From an uncultured delta proteobacterium (lineage in GTDB: Bacteria; Myxococcota; Myxococcia; Myxococcales; Myxococcaceae): 64,000 bases of DNA. Of the stretch, positions 49,501 through 58,937 are shown piece by piece (the stretch's first letter is position 1; each line of letters starts with the position of its first letter). Location: positions 640,001-704,000 of the forward strand of contig CAVQKE010000001.1 in the NCBI GenBank assembly GCA_963713045.1. The letters run 5' to 3'. The notes beneath the pieces were generated by a model. That model worked only from the letters and a program-made list of their open reading frames with translations, searched no databases and had not been told where the DNA came from. The position numbers were made by a program, and so were the translations under genes.

Positions 49501-52500
49501 GCCACTGGCCACCGCGGCATGGCCCAGCCGCAGCTGAAGGCGCAGCCGCTGCGGCGTCGTCAGCGTGTCCGTTCCGGCCGCCAGCGCACGTCTGTCGTAG
49601 GGCTGCGCCGCCAGCGGGCCGCCCGCCTCCGCCGCCAGTTCCCCCCGGGCCAACAGCGCGGGGACGTCGTCGGCCCGCAGCCGCAACAGGGCGTCCCAGG
49701 CTTCGGCTGCCTGCAGGGGCTCGCCCGCAGTGGCCAAAAGGCCGCCGGCCTCGGCCAGCAGCGCCGGCGCTTCGGACGGCACGGCCTGCGCGCGCTGCAC
49801 CAGCAACTCAGCCAAGGCACGGGCGTCCTTGCCAACCCGGGCGCGGCGTGCGCGGAAGGCCGCGTCCGAATCCGGCGCATGGGCGAAGGCCCGGTCCTCG
49901 GCGGCCAGCGCGTCGCGCTCCAGCCCCGCCTGTCGGTAGGCCGCGGCCGCTTCCAGGTAGCTGGCCGCAGCTTCGCTTCCCGCTTGCCGCTCGGCGCGCG
50001 CCAGGTGCAGCGTGGCCAAGGCACGGCCGTCCTGGGTGGAGGCAAGCCAGGCCAGCTGGCGCTCGGCCGAAGGGGCCCGGAAGGGGTTGTCCCGAAGCAG
50101 CTGCGCGTCATACGGCGCGGCGTCGGCCAGACGGCCAGCGGCGGCCAACAAGTCGGCCAGGTCGCCCGTCAACTGGACGTCTCCTGGCCGCAGCGCATGG
50201 GCCCGGGACAGCGCTTCAAGGGCGGCCTCGCGGTTGCCGAGGCGGCCTTGGTACACCTCGGCCGCGCGGCGCAGCAGCTGGACCCGTGCTTCGGCGTCCC
50301 GCACGCTGCGCGCGGCGGATTCGAAGTAGCCCGCGACGTCCGCGGTGCGGCCGGCGCTTTCGAGGAGGGCCAGGAGGCGCGCCTCGGCGGCCGGGTGCCC
50401 GGGGGCCTCCTCCAGCGCCTCGCGCAGCAGGGCCTCGGCACGCGCGTCGTCGGTGAGGGCCTCGGCCTGCAGCTCGGCCAGGGCCACCAGCGCGTCCGCC
50501 CGCTGGGCCGGCCCCGGGTACAGGGGAAGGGCACGGGACAGCCACTCGGCCTGGGCGCGGACGTCCTCCCTGCCTGAGGCGAGGGCGGCGGCGCGGAGGG
50601 CGGTTTGGACACTGGGGTGCAATTCAAAGCTTCGGCGCAGCCCGGCCTCGGCGCCGAGGGCATCTCTGCGGCCCAGCAGCAACTCGGCCCGACGCGCTTC
50701 GGCTTGGGCCGCCGCTTCGGAGGCCCCTTGCTGCTGCAGCCGCTCGCCATAGGTGGCCAAGGCCCCGAGGGCTTCGTCGACGTGGCCCAATTCCTCGGCC
50801 ACCTGCGACAACTCCTGCAGCGCGGCCAGGGCGGCGTCCGACTCGCCTGCCTGGGCGGCCTCCTCCCACAGCCGGCGCAAGGTGGTCAGTAGCTCCGCGC
50901 TGCGTCCCGTTTGACGGAAGAGTTGGGCCTGGGCCCGGCGCGCGGCCCAGGGCTCCGGCATGGCGGAGGCGGCGGCCTCCAACAGGGTCCGGGCCAGCTC
51001 CGCGTCGGCCAATTCGGCGAAAGCCCGGCGGCCCAACTCCAACAGGCGCTCGCCCACCGCGCGGCTGGGGGTGCGCCCCTGCAGGGCGTTGGCCAACAGA
51101 AGAATCGACTCGCGGGGGTTCCGCGCTGCCGTCACCTCGGCCAGGCGCTCCACCGCGGCGGTACTTAAGGGCCGCTCACGGAGAAGCCCGCGCAGCGTCT
51201 CCTCCGCGGCGGGCAGGTCGCCGCTGGCGGCCTGGAGGTCCGCGTAGGCCAACAGCAATTCCTCGTCCCGGTCCGGCGTGTCTTCAAACGTCGCCCCGGC
51301 TGCCGCCGAGGAAAACAGCGGCAGCGCCTCGCCCCGGGCACCGGCGCGGTACAGGGCAAAGGCCAGCGTGCGCAACTCCTCGCCGGTGGCCGGAGACAGC
51401 TGCTGTGCGCGTCGGCGCAGGGCCAGCGCCTCGGCGTCCGCGCCGGCCGCGCTGGCGGCCCGCGCGGCCTTCTGCAGCAAGGCCGCCCCTTCCTCCGGAG
51501 GCAACAGCGAGGCGGCTTCGCGGGCCGTCTCGGCGGCTTCCGCCCAAGCGCCCCGCTGCACCAACAAGCCCACCAAAAGGCTGCGCACCTGGGCCTGGCG
51601 TGGGTCGAGTTGCGCCGCGCGGCGAAGCGCCGCTTCGGCCGGCCCGAGGCTGCCCAGCTTTTCCAGGTACAGGGCGCCCAACTCCGCCGACAGCCGCGCC
51701 GCCTCGGCCGCTGCGGCGTGGGGAATGCGGGCGGCCAGAAGCTCGGCCACGGCGGCCCAGTCCCCGGCGCGTTCCAGCAGTGTCCGCAGCCGGGAGGCGG
51801 CTGCCAACTGGCGCGGCTCCAACGCCAGGACACGTTCCAGACTGTCGGCCGCGGTGGCTGCGTCCTGGGCGGCTTCGGCCAACTCCGCCCGCCGGAGGAG
51901 GGCTTGGACACGCGCTTCGACGGGCCCCTGGGCCGCGGCCGAGAGGAGGGAGGCGGTGGCGGCTGCGGCGTCCCCTTGGGCGAAGGCCGCCTCGGCAGCG
52001 CCCAGGTGCGCGGCGGAGAGGCTGGCCGCCTCTGGCGCCGCTTGCGCGGCCAGGGCATAGGCGGAGGCCGCCGCCGCGGCCTCGCCACCCTGCAGCAGCG
52101 CGCGGCCGAGGTCCAACAGGCGCGGGGCGGCCAGGGCAGACAGGCCCGGCGCCGCGCCCAGCGCCGCCTGCCAAGCGGCCAACTCGCCCGGGGCATCGTC
52201 CTCGGCCCGCGCCAACTCTGCCACCTCTTGCCAGACGGGGCCCGGCAGCTCCGCCTCCGGGGCAGCGCGCGCCAACGCGGTGCGCGCCTCGGCAAGTCTT
52301 CCCAGGGCCCGGAGCAGGCGGGCCCGCTCGAGGAGATGCACGCTGCGGGCGTTGCCGGAGGTGGAGGCTGCCAACAGCGAGCGCAGCGCGAGGGCTTCCT
52401 CGCGCGCCGCAGCGTCGTCGCCCAGAAGCCCGAGCAGCGCCTCGGCCGCCCAGCGGTCGCCCCGGTCCTTCTCGAGGAGGCTGCGCAGCACCGGGACGGC

Positions 52501-55500
52501 CTCCTCCGGCCGGCGCACTTCCACGCTGAGGGCCACCAATTCTTCTGCTGCCTCGCGGGCCTGCGGGCCGCTGAGGCGGGGCCAAAGGCCACTCAACAGG
52601 GACTGCAGGGCCTGCAGGGCGCCGGCTTCGCGGTACAGCGCAGCCAACTCCAACTGGGCCTCCACGTCCTGCGGCTGCGCCTCGGCGTAGGCCGCCAGGT
52701 GGCGGCGGGCCAAGTCTGGCTCCCCCGCGGCGCGCGCCGCGGTGGCGGCGGTCCGCAACAGCTGGGCCCTTTCGGACGGGGGAAGGGCCAAGGGGTCCGC
52801 CCGCAGCAGCTGCAGCGCGGCCTCCACGTCCTCCAGCGCGCCGCGGGCGTCGGTGGACAGACGGGCGCGGCCCCGGCGCACCCGGGCCAGCAGCAGCATT
52901 GCGTCCTGGCGCAGCGCCGCGTCCAGCCAGGCCAGCATCCGGCCGGCGTCCGGCGTCACCTCGGCCGCGCGGAGGAAGAGGCGGGCGGCCAGCCGCGGCT
53001 CGCCGGCGCGCTCCGCTTGGCGGGCCAACAGCTGCGCCGCCTCGGGGCGGTTCCCGGCTTGCAGCTCCAAGTCGGCCAGCGTCTCCAGCACCTCGGCAGC
53101 CAGCGGCCCTTGCGGCTGCAATTCCAGCGCGGCGTACAGCTTCTGGTGGGCGGAGTCCCGGTGCCCGGCCGAGAGGAGGGCCCTGGCGCTTTTGAGGAGG
53201 AGGGGCGCGGCAGCCTCGGCCCGGCCAGCGGCCAACAGCTGCTGGGCCCGGGCAGCCCACAACTCGGCCAGCTCGCGGTTTCGGCCGGCCTTTTGGTAGA
53301 GGGCCTCCAGCCTCTCGGCCAGCGCGTCGTCCGCCGGCCGAAGCGGCAGCGCTTCGGCATACAGCGCCATGGCCGCGCCCTCGTCCCCCAACAACTCGCA
53401 CGCCCGGGCCAGCTTGGCCTGCACCTCGGCGCGCGTCTCCTTGGGGACATGCACCGGCAGCCCGGACAGGACGTCTTGCAATGCCCGACGGGCGTGCTCC
53501 GGGCGCTCGGCCCGCAGGGACAGCTCGGCCAATTCGAGGAGGACGGCCGGCTCGGCCTGCAGCCGCGCCGCCTTTTCCAGGGCGACCAACGCCTCGCCCA
53601 GCCGTCCGAGGCGACTCTCCCGCACCTGCGCCAACTCCCGCAGCGCCGCCACCGCCAGCCGAACGTCCCCTTGGGCCTCGGCGACGCGGGCCCGCTGTTC
53701 CAGCGCCGCGGCCAGTCCGGGCATATCCGCGCGCCGACGCTGCAGCGCGCACAATTCGCCCAAGGCCACCAAGTCGTCCGGCTCAAGGCGAAGCACCTCG
53801 GCCAGGGCGTCGGCGGCCAGGGTGAAGTCCGAGGACAAGTCCTTCGCCGCCACCGCCAGCCGGCGCAAAAGCCGCGCTCGCTCGGCCGAGTCCTGCGCCT
53901 GGGCGGCCAGGGCCTGAAGACAGCGGCAGAGGAGGGGCCCTTCCCGGCGCTGCTCGGCCAGTGCCAGCATGCCGTGCAACGCGACGCGGTTGGTGGCGTC
54001 CACTTCCAGCGCGCGGGCCAGCAGGGCCTCGGCGCGCTCCGGCCTGTCCAGCCGCGTCCGCTGCAACTCTCCAGCCTCCGCCAGGTAGGCGGCCCGGCGC
54101 AGGCCGTCGGCCAACAAGGGGGCGGCCACTTCCAGGGCGGTGGCCAGGCGCTCCACGTCATTGGCCGCGCGGTGCAGGGGAATCAGCTCCTCCAGCACTT
54201 CGACGTCCTCTGGGCGCAGCTGAAGGGCGGCCTCCAGGTGCTGCCGCGCGCGGGCCGCGTCGCCGAGGCGGGTGCGCTGCAACACGGCCAGCGCCCGGTG
54301 GGCCCGGTAGACGGCGGCGCGAACGGCCTCCGAAGCGGGCGCTGGGCCGGCCAATTCAATGCCCTGTTGGTAGCCGGTCACCGCCTCCGCCGTCCGTCCG
54401 AGGCCTTCGGCGGCGTGGGCAGCGGCCACCAGCGCCTCCGGCTCGCCCGGCAACAGGGCCACCGCCTCGCGGTAGCGCAACAGCGCGTTGTCCAGGTTGT
54501 GGAGGCCCTCCTCCCACACCCGGCCGGCCAGCAAATTCGCCCGCCCCACTTGGGCCAAATCATGCCGGCCGAGGGCCACGTCCCGCAGCCGGTCCAGGGC
54601 TTTCAGGGCCCGCAGCGGCTCGCCGGCGCGGTGGCACAACTCGCCCAGGCGCTCCAGGGCGCCGGGGTGGTCCGGAGACAGCCGAAGGGCGGCCTCGCAG
54701 TGCAGCCGCGCGCCGGCCACGTCGTCCTCCGCCACCACCGACAGGCGCGCCAGCTGCACGTGGGCCTCGGCGGACTCGGCTGGGTCGCGGGCCAGGGCGG
54801 AAATGCGGCGGTAGGCGCGCATCGCGCCGGCCCGGTCCTCCGAAGCATCCGCGGCCCGGGCCAGCGCCTGAAGGGAAGGCAGGTGGTCCGGCCGTAGCCC
54901 CAACAATTCGTGCAGCGCACGAATGGCCATTTGGGGCGCGACGCCCTCGGCCACCCGGGCGGCGGCATGGGCGGCGGCCACTGCGCCCGCGTCCTCGCCC
55001 CGCTTGCGACTCAACGCACACAGCGCCAGCCAGCGCTCGGCGGCGCGGGCTGGCTCTCCGCGGCGCTCTCGCACCACCGCCTCCACCCACAGCGGCGCAG
55101 CGCTGTGCGGGCGGCGGCGGGCGACGGACTGGGCGACGTCCAAGGCCAATTCATGCGCCCCGGGGTCCGCCACCAACAGGCCGAGGAGGCGCTCCAGGGC
55201 GAAGGGGTGGGCGTCCTGCGGCTCGGCGCCGCGCAGGTACGCATCGCGTGCGTCCTTCAGCCGTCCGGCGGCCACCAGCGCCTCGGCGTCCGCGAAGGCG
55301 CGCGCGCCTTCCAGCGCCAAGAGCAACTCCTCGTCGAGGAGGGCCGGCGGCGGCAGTCCAGTGGAAGCAAAGCGCAGGCGCAGCGCGGTGGCGGAAACGT
55401 CCAGCCCGGTCAGGCGGGCCCCCTCCAGCGACGGGACGCGGAAGCCGCGGGTGACGGCCGCCGCCTGCACCAGCGCCGGCAGCACCCGGGCGGAAAAGCC

Positions 55501-56037
55501 GGTGGTGCCGCGCAACTCCACGTCCGGAAGCAGCCGGGCGGACTGGGCGGAACGGGCCAGAAGCAGCGGCACCACCGCCACCGGCGTCGGGGTGAAGGCA
55601 TACAGCCGCACGTCGTACAGGTAGACGCCGAGGCGCTCGCCCTCGGCGTCGAAGGCGACTTTAAAGGTGGCGGGCGCGCCAGCCGGCCCGCGCAGGCGCG
55701 CCTGGCCTTCCAGGTAGCCGGTGCGGAAGCTGAGTTGCACGTCCTCCAATTCCAGGGCCCCGCTGGCCACTTCCTGCACCGCGCGGCGCAGCCGCTCGGC
55801 CTCCAGGGACACTTCCAGGAAGCCAAAGGCCAGCGTCTTCTTCTGGTAGCGCAGCGCGCCGCCGGAGATGCTGAAGGGAAAGCTGACGTCTGGAATTTGT
55901 AGGCCGAAGTCCGTCACCCTGACGCCCGGCGCCACTTCCAGCGGCGGGAAGGCGACGAAGGCACGGCGGTCCAGCAGCCGCAGCTCGGGGGCCGCGGACT
56001 TGGCCACTTCCGGCTCGCGTTTCTCTTCCCCGGCCAT
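46507..56037 (-). CDS. Giant (3176 aa) TPR-repeat protein
   Basis: Uninterrupted 9.5-kb ORF; dozens of TPR-like units (ALxLxPxxxxAL); distinct N- and C-terminal domains. Confidence 0.9.
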   Translation of the reverse strand: MAGEEKREPEVAKSAAPELRLLDRRAFVAFPPLEVAPGVRVTDFGLQIPDVSFPFSISGGALRYQKKTLAFGFLEVSLEAERLRRAVQEVASGALELEDVQLSFRTGYLEGQARLRGPAGAPATFKVAFDAEGERLGVYLYDVRLYAFTPTPVAVVPLLLARSAQSARLLPDVELRGTTGFSARVLPALVQAAAVTRGFRVPSLEGARLTGLDVSATALRLRFASTGLPPPALLDEELLLALEGARAFADAEALVAAGRLKDARDAYLRGAEPQDAHPFALERLLGLLVADPGAHELALDVAQSVARRRPHSAAPLWVEAVVRERRGEPARAAERWLALCALSRKRGEDAGAVAAAHAAARVAEGVAPQMAIRALHELLGLRPDHLPSLQALARAADASEDRAGAMRAYRRISALARDPAESAEAHVQLARLSVVAEDDVAGARLHCEAALRLSPDHPGALERLGELCHRAGEPLRALKALDRLRDVALGRHDLAQVGRANLLAGRVWEEGLHNLDNALLRYREAVALLPGEPEALVAAAHAAEGLGRTAEAVTGYQQGIELAGPAPASEAVRAAVYRAHRALAVLQRTRLGDAARARQHLEAALQLRPEDVEVLEELIPLHRAANDVERLATALEVAAPLLADGLRRAAYLAEAGELQRTRLDRPERAEALLARALEVDATNRVALHGMLALAEQRREGPLLCRCLQALAAQAQDSAERARLLRRLAVAAKDLSSDFTLAADALAEVLRLEPDDLVALGELCALQRRRADMPGLAAALEQRARVAEAQGDVRLAVAALRELAQVRESRLGRLGEALVALEKAARLQAEPAVLLELAELSLRAERPEHARRALQDVLSGLPVHVPKETRAEVQAKLARACELLGDEGAAMALYAEALPLRPADDALAERLEALYQKAGRNRELAELWAARAQQLLAAGRAEAAAPLLLKSARALLSAGHRDSAHQKLYAALELQPQGPLAAEVLETLADLELQAGNRPEAAQLLARQAERAGEPRLAARLFLRAAEVTPDAGRMLAWLDAALRQDAMLLLARVRRGRARLSTDARGALEDVEAALQLLRADPLALPPSERAQLLRTAATAARAAGEPDLARRHLAAYAEAQPQDVEAQLELAALYREAGALQALQSLLSGLWPRLSGPQAREAAEELVALSVEVRRPEEAVPVLRSLLEKDRGDRWAAEALLGLLGDDAAAREEALALRSLLAASTSGNARSVHLLERARLLRALGRLAEARTALARAAPEAELPGPVWQEVAELARAEDDAPGELAAWQAALGAAPGLSALAAPRLLDLGRALLQGGEAAAAASAYALAAQAAPEAASLSAAHLGAAEAAFAQGDAAAATASLLSAAAQGPVEARVQALLRRAELAEAAQDAATAADSLERVLALEPRQLAAASRLRTLLERAGDWAAVAELLAARIPHAAAAEAARLSAELGALYLEKLGSLGPAEAALRRAAQLDPRQAQVRSLLVGLLVQRGAWAEAAETAREAASLLPPEEGAALLQKAARAASAAGADAEALALRRRAQQLSPATGEELRTLAFALYRAGARGEALPLFSSAAAGATFEDTPDRDEELLLAYADLQAASGDLPAAEETLRGLLRERPLSTAAVERLAEVTAARNPRESILLLANALQGRTPSRAVGERLLELGRRAFAELADAELARTLLEAAASAMPEPWAARRAQAQLFRQTGRSAELLTTLRRLWEEAAQAGESDAALAALQELSQVAEELGHVDEALGALATYGERLQQQGASEAAAQAEARRAELLLGRRDALGAEAGLRRSFELHPSVQTALRAAALASGREDVRAQAEWLSRALPLYPGPAQRADALVALAELQAEALTDDARAEALLREALEEAPGHPAAEARLLALLESAGRTADVAGYFESAARSVRDAEARVQLLRRAAEVYQGRLGNREAALEALSRAHALRPGDVQLTGDLADLLAAAGRLADAAPYDAQLLRDNPFRAPSAERQLAWLASTQDGRALATLHLARAERQAGSEAAASYLEAAAAYRQAGLERDALAAEDRAFAHAPDSDAAFRARRARVGKDARALAELLVQRAQAVPSEAPALLAEAGGLLATAGEPLQAAEAWDALLRLRADDVPALLARGELAAEAGGPLAAQPYDRRALAAGTDTLTTPQRLRLQLRLGHAAVASGALKDAAEVLEEVVAQGPETDAGRTALSLLAEVYAKAQDAQGAFRTSLLLARRARPDEAEALYRRAAALVEDGTQALAALLPLAELRPTDVEVVDRALDALLATGRAEERLGLLVRAAQASGGARAAQLLLQAAEATFAQGDADAALGHLRASVKAQPSHTEAWEALARAERARGETEALGRTLEALVALLPLDARSAALRLEAARTLSGPEAAERIRALLQPVVDAGPSDAYAGALELLEPVLSGAPLARARALAARAELQPTAGRAALLLEAAQLAEGGGDTPQAALYAKASAAAEAGLPALLLYARLAKATGGLAEAAAALEQAAQLTPGPEAVALRLEAAESHQAAGALPRARALLEQLATAHPEALGPSEWARRLLSVGALEAAALHGYGPLLAQGAFGEALQVAEALNDGARLREALWGVAGTAPEAAVVRRLAALVLEEGSQEERLRAARLCEAVRARELASALYRAVVLAPVSMEDARHEEGGPRVEALARLVALGQGDAVLAEVLQQLDDAAPPALVDALVSYARGRRGTERERALRSLAARVPGRSAPLWQELFQRARDDNRLEDAVQALASWAEATAEAPQRAALHSQLGDLFLHLGQTEKAQSAYQQAVNEDAEQPAPLQKLLALTSEADDAAHFVALAERLLALAPQAPQEVPRRLASAYAHLGRLEEAASVLAGLAATPTLLEQRAQLAEALGRADEAFALREQLVQSPAERAELGLHALQAGLLERAAHLLTGVEAEVPLASRREVAERLSNTETGAGVAANLWPSLLADGLPDAPGWMAYAEALRRTGRPVESGRFEDFARAASGELPLADASAAAAVRLSRPRAVRTRPLPSGAVAVEAASMPRLHAALSQSLSSLGAPEVLVYLDPAGGPEAWLAGPETLVLGAGALSYFGPVEMTFLVALALLLGDEGVELASPGSVPAVARVAPAAFLAVPVPRAAARVVLFLEAEVRGADVASVDVAAVLANSAAFHAVVQRALALV

Positions 56038-56277
56038 GTCCAGAGTCTTCTAAAAGCGTGCGGGAAGTCCCCCCGTCGTGGGGACTCTTCCCAACGGGCG
56101 CTGCTGGCCCACCCCCCACGGGGGAAGGCAGCCGCGCCCAAAAGCGTCGACGAAGGGTAGCACCCGGGGCGGAGTGGCCCAAATTTCCGAGGCTTGCGGC
56201 GTCGCCCCGCCGCTTTCCGGGCGGAGGGCGCCGCCCCTCTCCTCTTGCGGTGAAGCCGGATATTCTCAGCGACGCCG

Positions 56278-57933
56278 GTGCTCCCCCTCAATTCGCTCGT
56301 CCTCGACGAACGCTTCCGGGTGCTCGGCCACCTGGGCGGCGGCGGCATGGGGGAGGTGTACCTGGCCGAGCAGGTCAGCCTCGGCCGGCGGGTGGCCCTC
56401 AAGGTGCTGCGGCGCGAGGTGGGACAGCAGCCCGGGATGAGTGAGCGCTTCCGGCGCGAGGCACGCCTTCTGTCCAGCGTGGAGCACCCGGCGGTGGTGC
56501 GCGTCATCGACTTTGGCCAGTCCGAGGAGGGGACCTGCCTGGTCATGGAATTGGCCGAGGGAGAGACGCTGCTGCAGGCGCTGGAGGCTGGCCCGCTGGA
56601 CCCGGAGCGCGGCCGCCGGGTGTTGGTGCAGCTGGCCGAGGGGCTGGCCGCCATCCATGAAAAGGGCATCATCCACCGGGACTTGAAGCCGGAAAACGTG
56701 GTGCTGACGCCAGGGCCGCGCGGCGAGCAGGCGCGCCTGTTGGACTTCGGCATTGCCCGGCTGGTGGAGCCGGACCCGGACTCGCGCGGACTGAGCCAGG
56801 TGGGCGTGGTGCTGGGGACGCCGGAATACCTCAGCCCGGAGCAGGCCATGGGCGCGCCGCTGGACGCCCGAAGCGACCTCTACTCACTCGGCGTGTTGGG
56901 TTACCGGATGTTGAGCGGACAGCTGCCCTTCCAAGGGCCCAACGCCCGCGACTACCTTCTGCAGCACGTCAGCCTCACCCCGCGACCGCTGCTGGAAATC
57001 GCTCCCCAAATGTCCAGCCAGCCGGAGCTGGGGGTGATGGTGATGCGGGCGCTGGCCAAGGACCCCAAGGCCAGGCCGCAGTCGGCGGCCGAGTTGGTCC
57101 GGGTGCTGGAGCCACCGGCCGCGCGCCTGCCGACGCCACTCACCGTCCCGGTCCGCGGCCCTTCCGACGCCGAGGACGTCTTCGACGCGCAAACCCAGCC
57201 CGGGCTGCGCGCGCTGGCTGGGACGGACACCCGGCAGCTGCGGCGGTGGGACGGACGCACCCTGCTACTGCAGGGGACCGCTGCTGCGGTGGCGCTGGCG
57301 GTGCTGTTGGCCATCATCTTCTGGAGTCTCGGCCCGCGGCAGGCGCTGTCGCGGGCCCGGGCCGAATTGGTGGCCGGCCAGCCCGAGGCGGCCCTGGCCA
57401 CCCTGGGCGAGGTCAGCCACGGGACGCTGCCCCCCGGCGCCCAGGCGCTGCGGGCGGCCGCTCTGCACGCCCTGGACGACCATGACCAGGAATTGCTCGC
57501 CCTGCAGGCCGGACAGCGTTCGGATGAGGCGTTTGACCCGTTGGTCCTGACCGCCGTGTCCGAGGACTTGGCCCACGGCCGGGGCGAGGCGGCCCGCAGG
57601 CAGTGGCTGGACGGGCTTGAGCCGGTCCGGCTGACGGGGGCCCTGGAAGCGGTGGCGGAAACCGCGGGCTCCGACGGCGCCTGGGGCGCGCTGCGCTACT
57701 TGGACGCCACCGGCCGACTCGACTCCCAGGGCCTGGCGCGCCTCTACGCGCTGTGGCTGCAGCAGAAGGACTGTGCCGCGCGCGCCGTGGCCGCCCGGCG
57801 GCTGGCTGAGCTCGGCGCAACCGACGAATTACCGGCGCTGCAGCGCGCGCGCAAGACGGCCAAGGCCGGCTGCGGGCTGGAGGAGATGGCCAGCGCCGTG
57901 CGGCAACTGGAGGGCCACAGCAGCGGACGTTGA
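56278..57933 (+). CDS. Ser/Thr protein kinase with TM segment and helical C-terminal domain
   Basis: LGGGGMGEVY, VALK, HRDLKPEN, DFGIAR, GTPEYLSPE. Confidence 0.95.
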   Translation: MLPLNSLVLDERFRVLGHLGGGGMGEVYLAEQVSLGRRVALKVLRREVGQQPGMSERFRREARLLSSVEHPAVVRVIDFGQSEEGTCLVMELAEGETLLQALEAGPLDPERGRRVLVQLAEGLAAIHEKGIIHRDLKPENVVLTPGPRGEQARLLDFGIARLVEPDPDSRGLSQVGVVLGTPEYLSPEQAMGAPLDARSDLYSLGVLGYRMLSGQLPFQGPNARDYLLQHVSLTPRPLLEIAPQMSSQPELGVMVMRALAKDPKARPQSAAELVRVLEPPAARLPTPLTVPVRGPSDAEDVFDAQTQPGLRALAGTDTRQLRRWDGRTLLLQGTAAAVALAVLLAIIFWSLGPRQALSRARAELVAGQPEAALATLGEVSHGTLPPGAQALRAAALHALDDHDQELLALQAGQRSDEAFDPLVLTAVSEDLAHGRGEAARRQWLDGLEPVRLTGALEAVAETAGSDGAWGALRYLDATGRLDSQGLARLYALWLQQKDCAARAVAARRLAELGATDELPALQRARKTAKAGCGLEEMASAVRQLEGHSSGR

Positions 57934-57950
57934 AGCGGTGCGGCCAGGCT

Positions 57951-58367
57951 TCAGCGGCGGCGGCGCGCCTTCTTCGGCGCACCGGCCCGCACCCGCTTGG
58001 GCTTCGGCGCTGCGTGGTGGACGGCTTCCAGGTTGTGGCCGTCCGGGTCGATGACGAAGGCGGCGTAGTAGTGGCGGTGGTATTGCGGCCTCACCCCCGG
58101 CGGCCCGTTGTCCTGGGCGCCCGCGGCCAGCGCCTCGGCGTAGAAGCGGTCCACCGCGGCGCGGGAGGGTGCCACCAGGGCCAGGTGGTGCGGGCTGGTG
58201 GGCACCGGCCCAGGCTTCAGCCAGAAGGCGGGCTTCTTCTTCGTGCCGAAACCCACAAACGCCTCAAAGCGCATGGCGACGCCGTAGCCGAGGGGCGGCA
58301 GCGCCCGGGTAAAGAAGGCGACGCTTTTCTCCAGGTCCCGGACGGTGCGCGTCAGGTGGTCAATCAA
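57951..58367 (-). CDS. VOC/glyoxalase family protein
   Basis: IDHL, HLAL.A.SRAAVD, GAQDNGPPGVRPQYH, DPDGHNLEAV. Confidence 0.92.
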   Translation of the reverse strand: MIDHLTRTVRDLEKSVAFFTRALPPLGYGVAMRFEAFVGFGTKKKPAFWLKPGPVPTSPHHLALVAPSRAAVDRFYAEALAAGAQDNGPPGVRPQYHRHYYAAFVIDPDGHNLEAVHHAAPKPKRVRAGAPKKARRRR

Positions 58368-58789
58368 TTCAGGGCGCTTTCCGTCTGTTCATCCAAGGTA
58401 AAGCGCAGCTGCACGCCGGAGAGGGTGAAGTGGGTGGGACTGGCTGAGCGCAGGCGGCGCACCACCGTCTCGCCGCTGTCGTGGTCGCGCACCGTCAACT
58501 CAAAGCCCCCGTCGAGGCGGACGACAAAAATATCCATCCCCAGCTGCTGCTCCTGGCCGTCACAGCCCAGAAGCGCCAGTTCCATCCGCGACGTCCCTCC
58601 CGCCGGGCCGAGCGCCAGCCGGCTTTGGCCAGCGGCCTCGGCCGCGCAACTCAACGAGGCCACGCTGTCCACCGAGAGCCAGCGCACCGGCCGCGCTGGG
58701 CTCCGCGCTGAGGCGCCGAAGGCGGCGACACCGGAGAGGGCGATGCCGAGAATGCTGAGGAGAAAAAAGGTGGTGATGATGCGCAACAT
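58364..58789 (-). CDS. Hypothetical exported protein
   Basis: Signal peptide, two Cys, 4-nt overlap with the VOC gene. Confidence 0.55.
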   Translation of the reverse strand: MLRIITTFFLLSILGIALSGVAAFGASARSPARPVRWLSVDSVASLSCAAEAAGQSRLALGPAGGTSRMELALLGCDGQEQQLGMDIFVVRLDGGFELTVRDHDSGETVVRRLRSASPTHFTLSGVQLRFTLDEQTESALN

Positions 58790-58937
58790 GGGCCGCCCGG
58801 TGCCTTTCCCCCAGAAGGGGCGGGACAGACGTGAAACTGCCGACCGGCCCTTCTGGTTTTTTTAAGAAAACTTACTGCCGGCGGCTGGGCTGTCAGGTTT
58901 TCGGCTTCCGTTTCCCCAAAGGGGGGGGGCCGGGACA

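Noticed and set aside
51610..54897. 1095-aa plus-strand ORF, and other long ORFs (48304-50577, 51284-53752) overlapping the giant TPR gene
   Set aside because: Shadow ORFs expected from high-GC codon bias; no recognisable motifs
58790..58937. AT-rich patch and G9 run as a riboswitch or phase-variable tract
   Set aside because: No match to riboswitch consensus that I can support; the homopolymer is intergenic with no evidence of function
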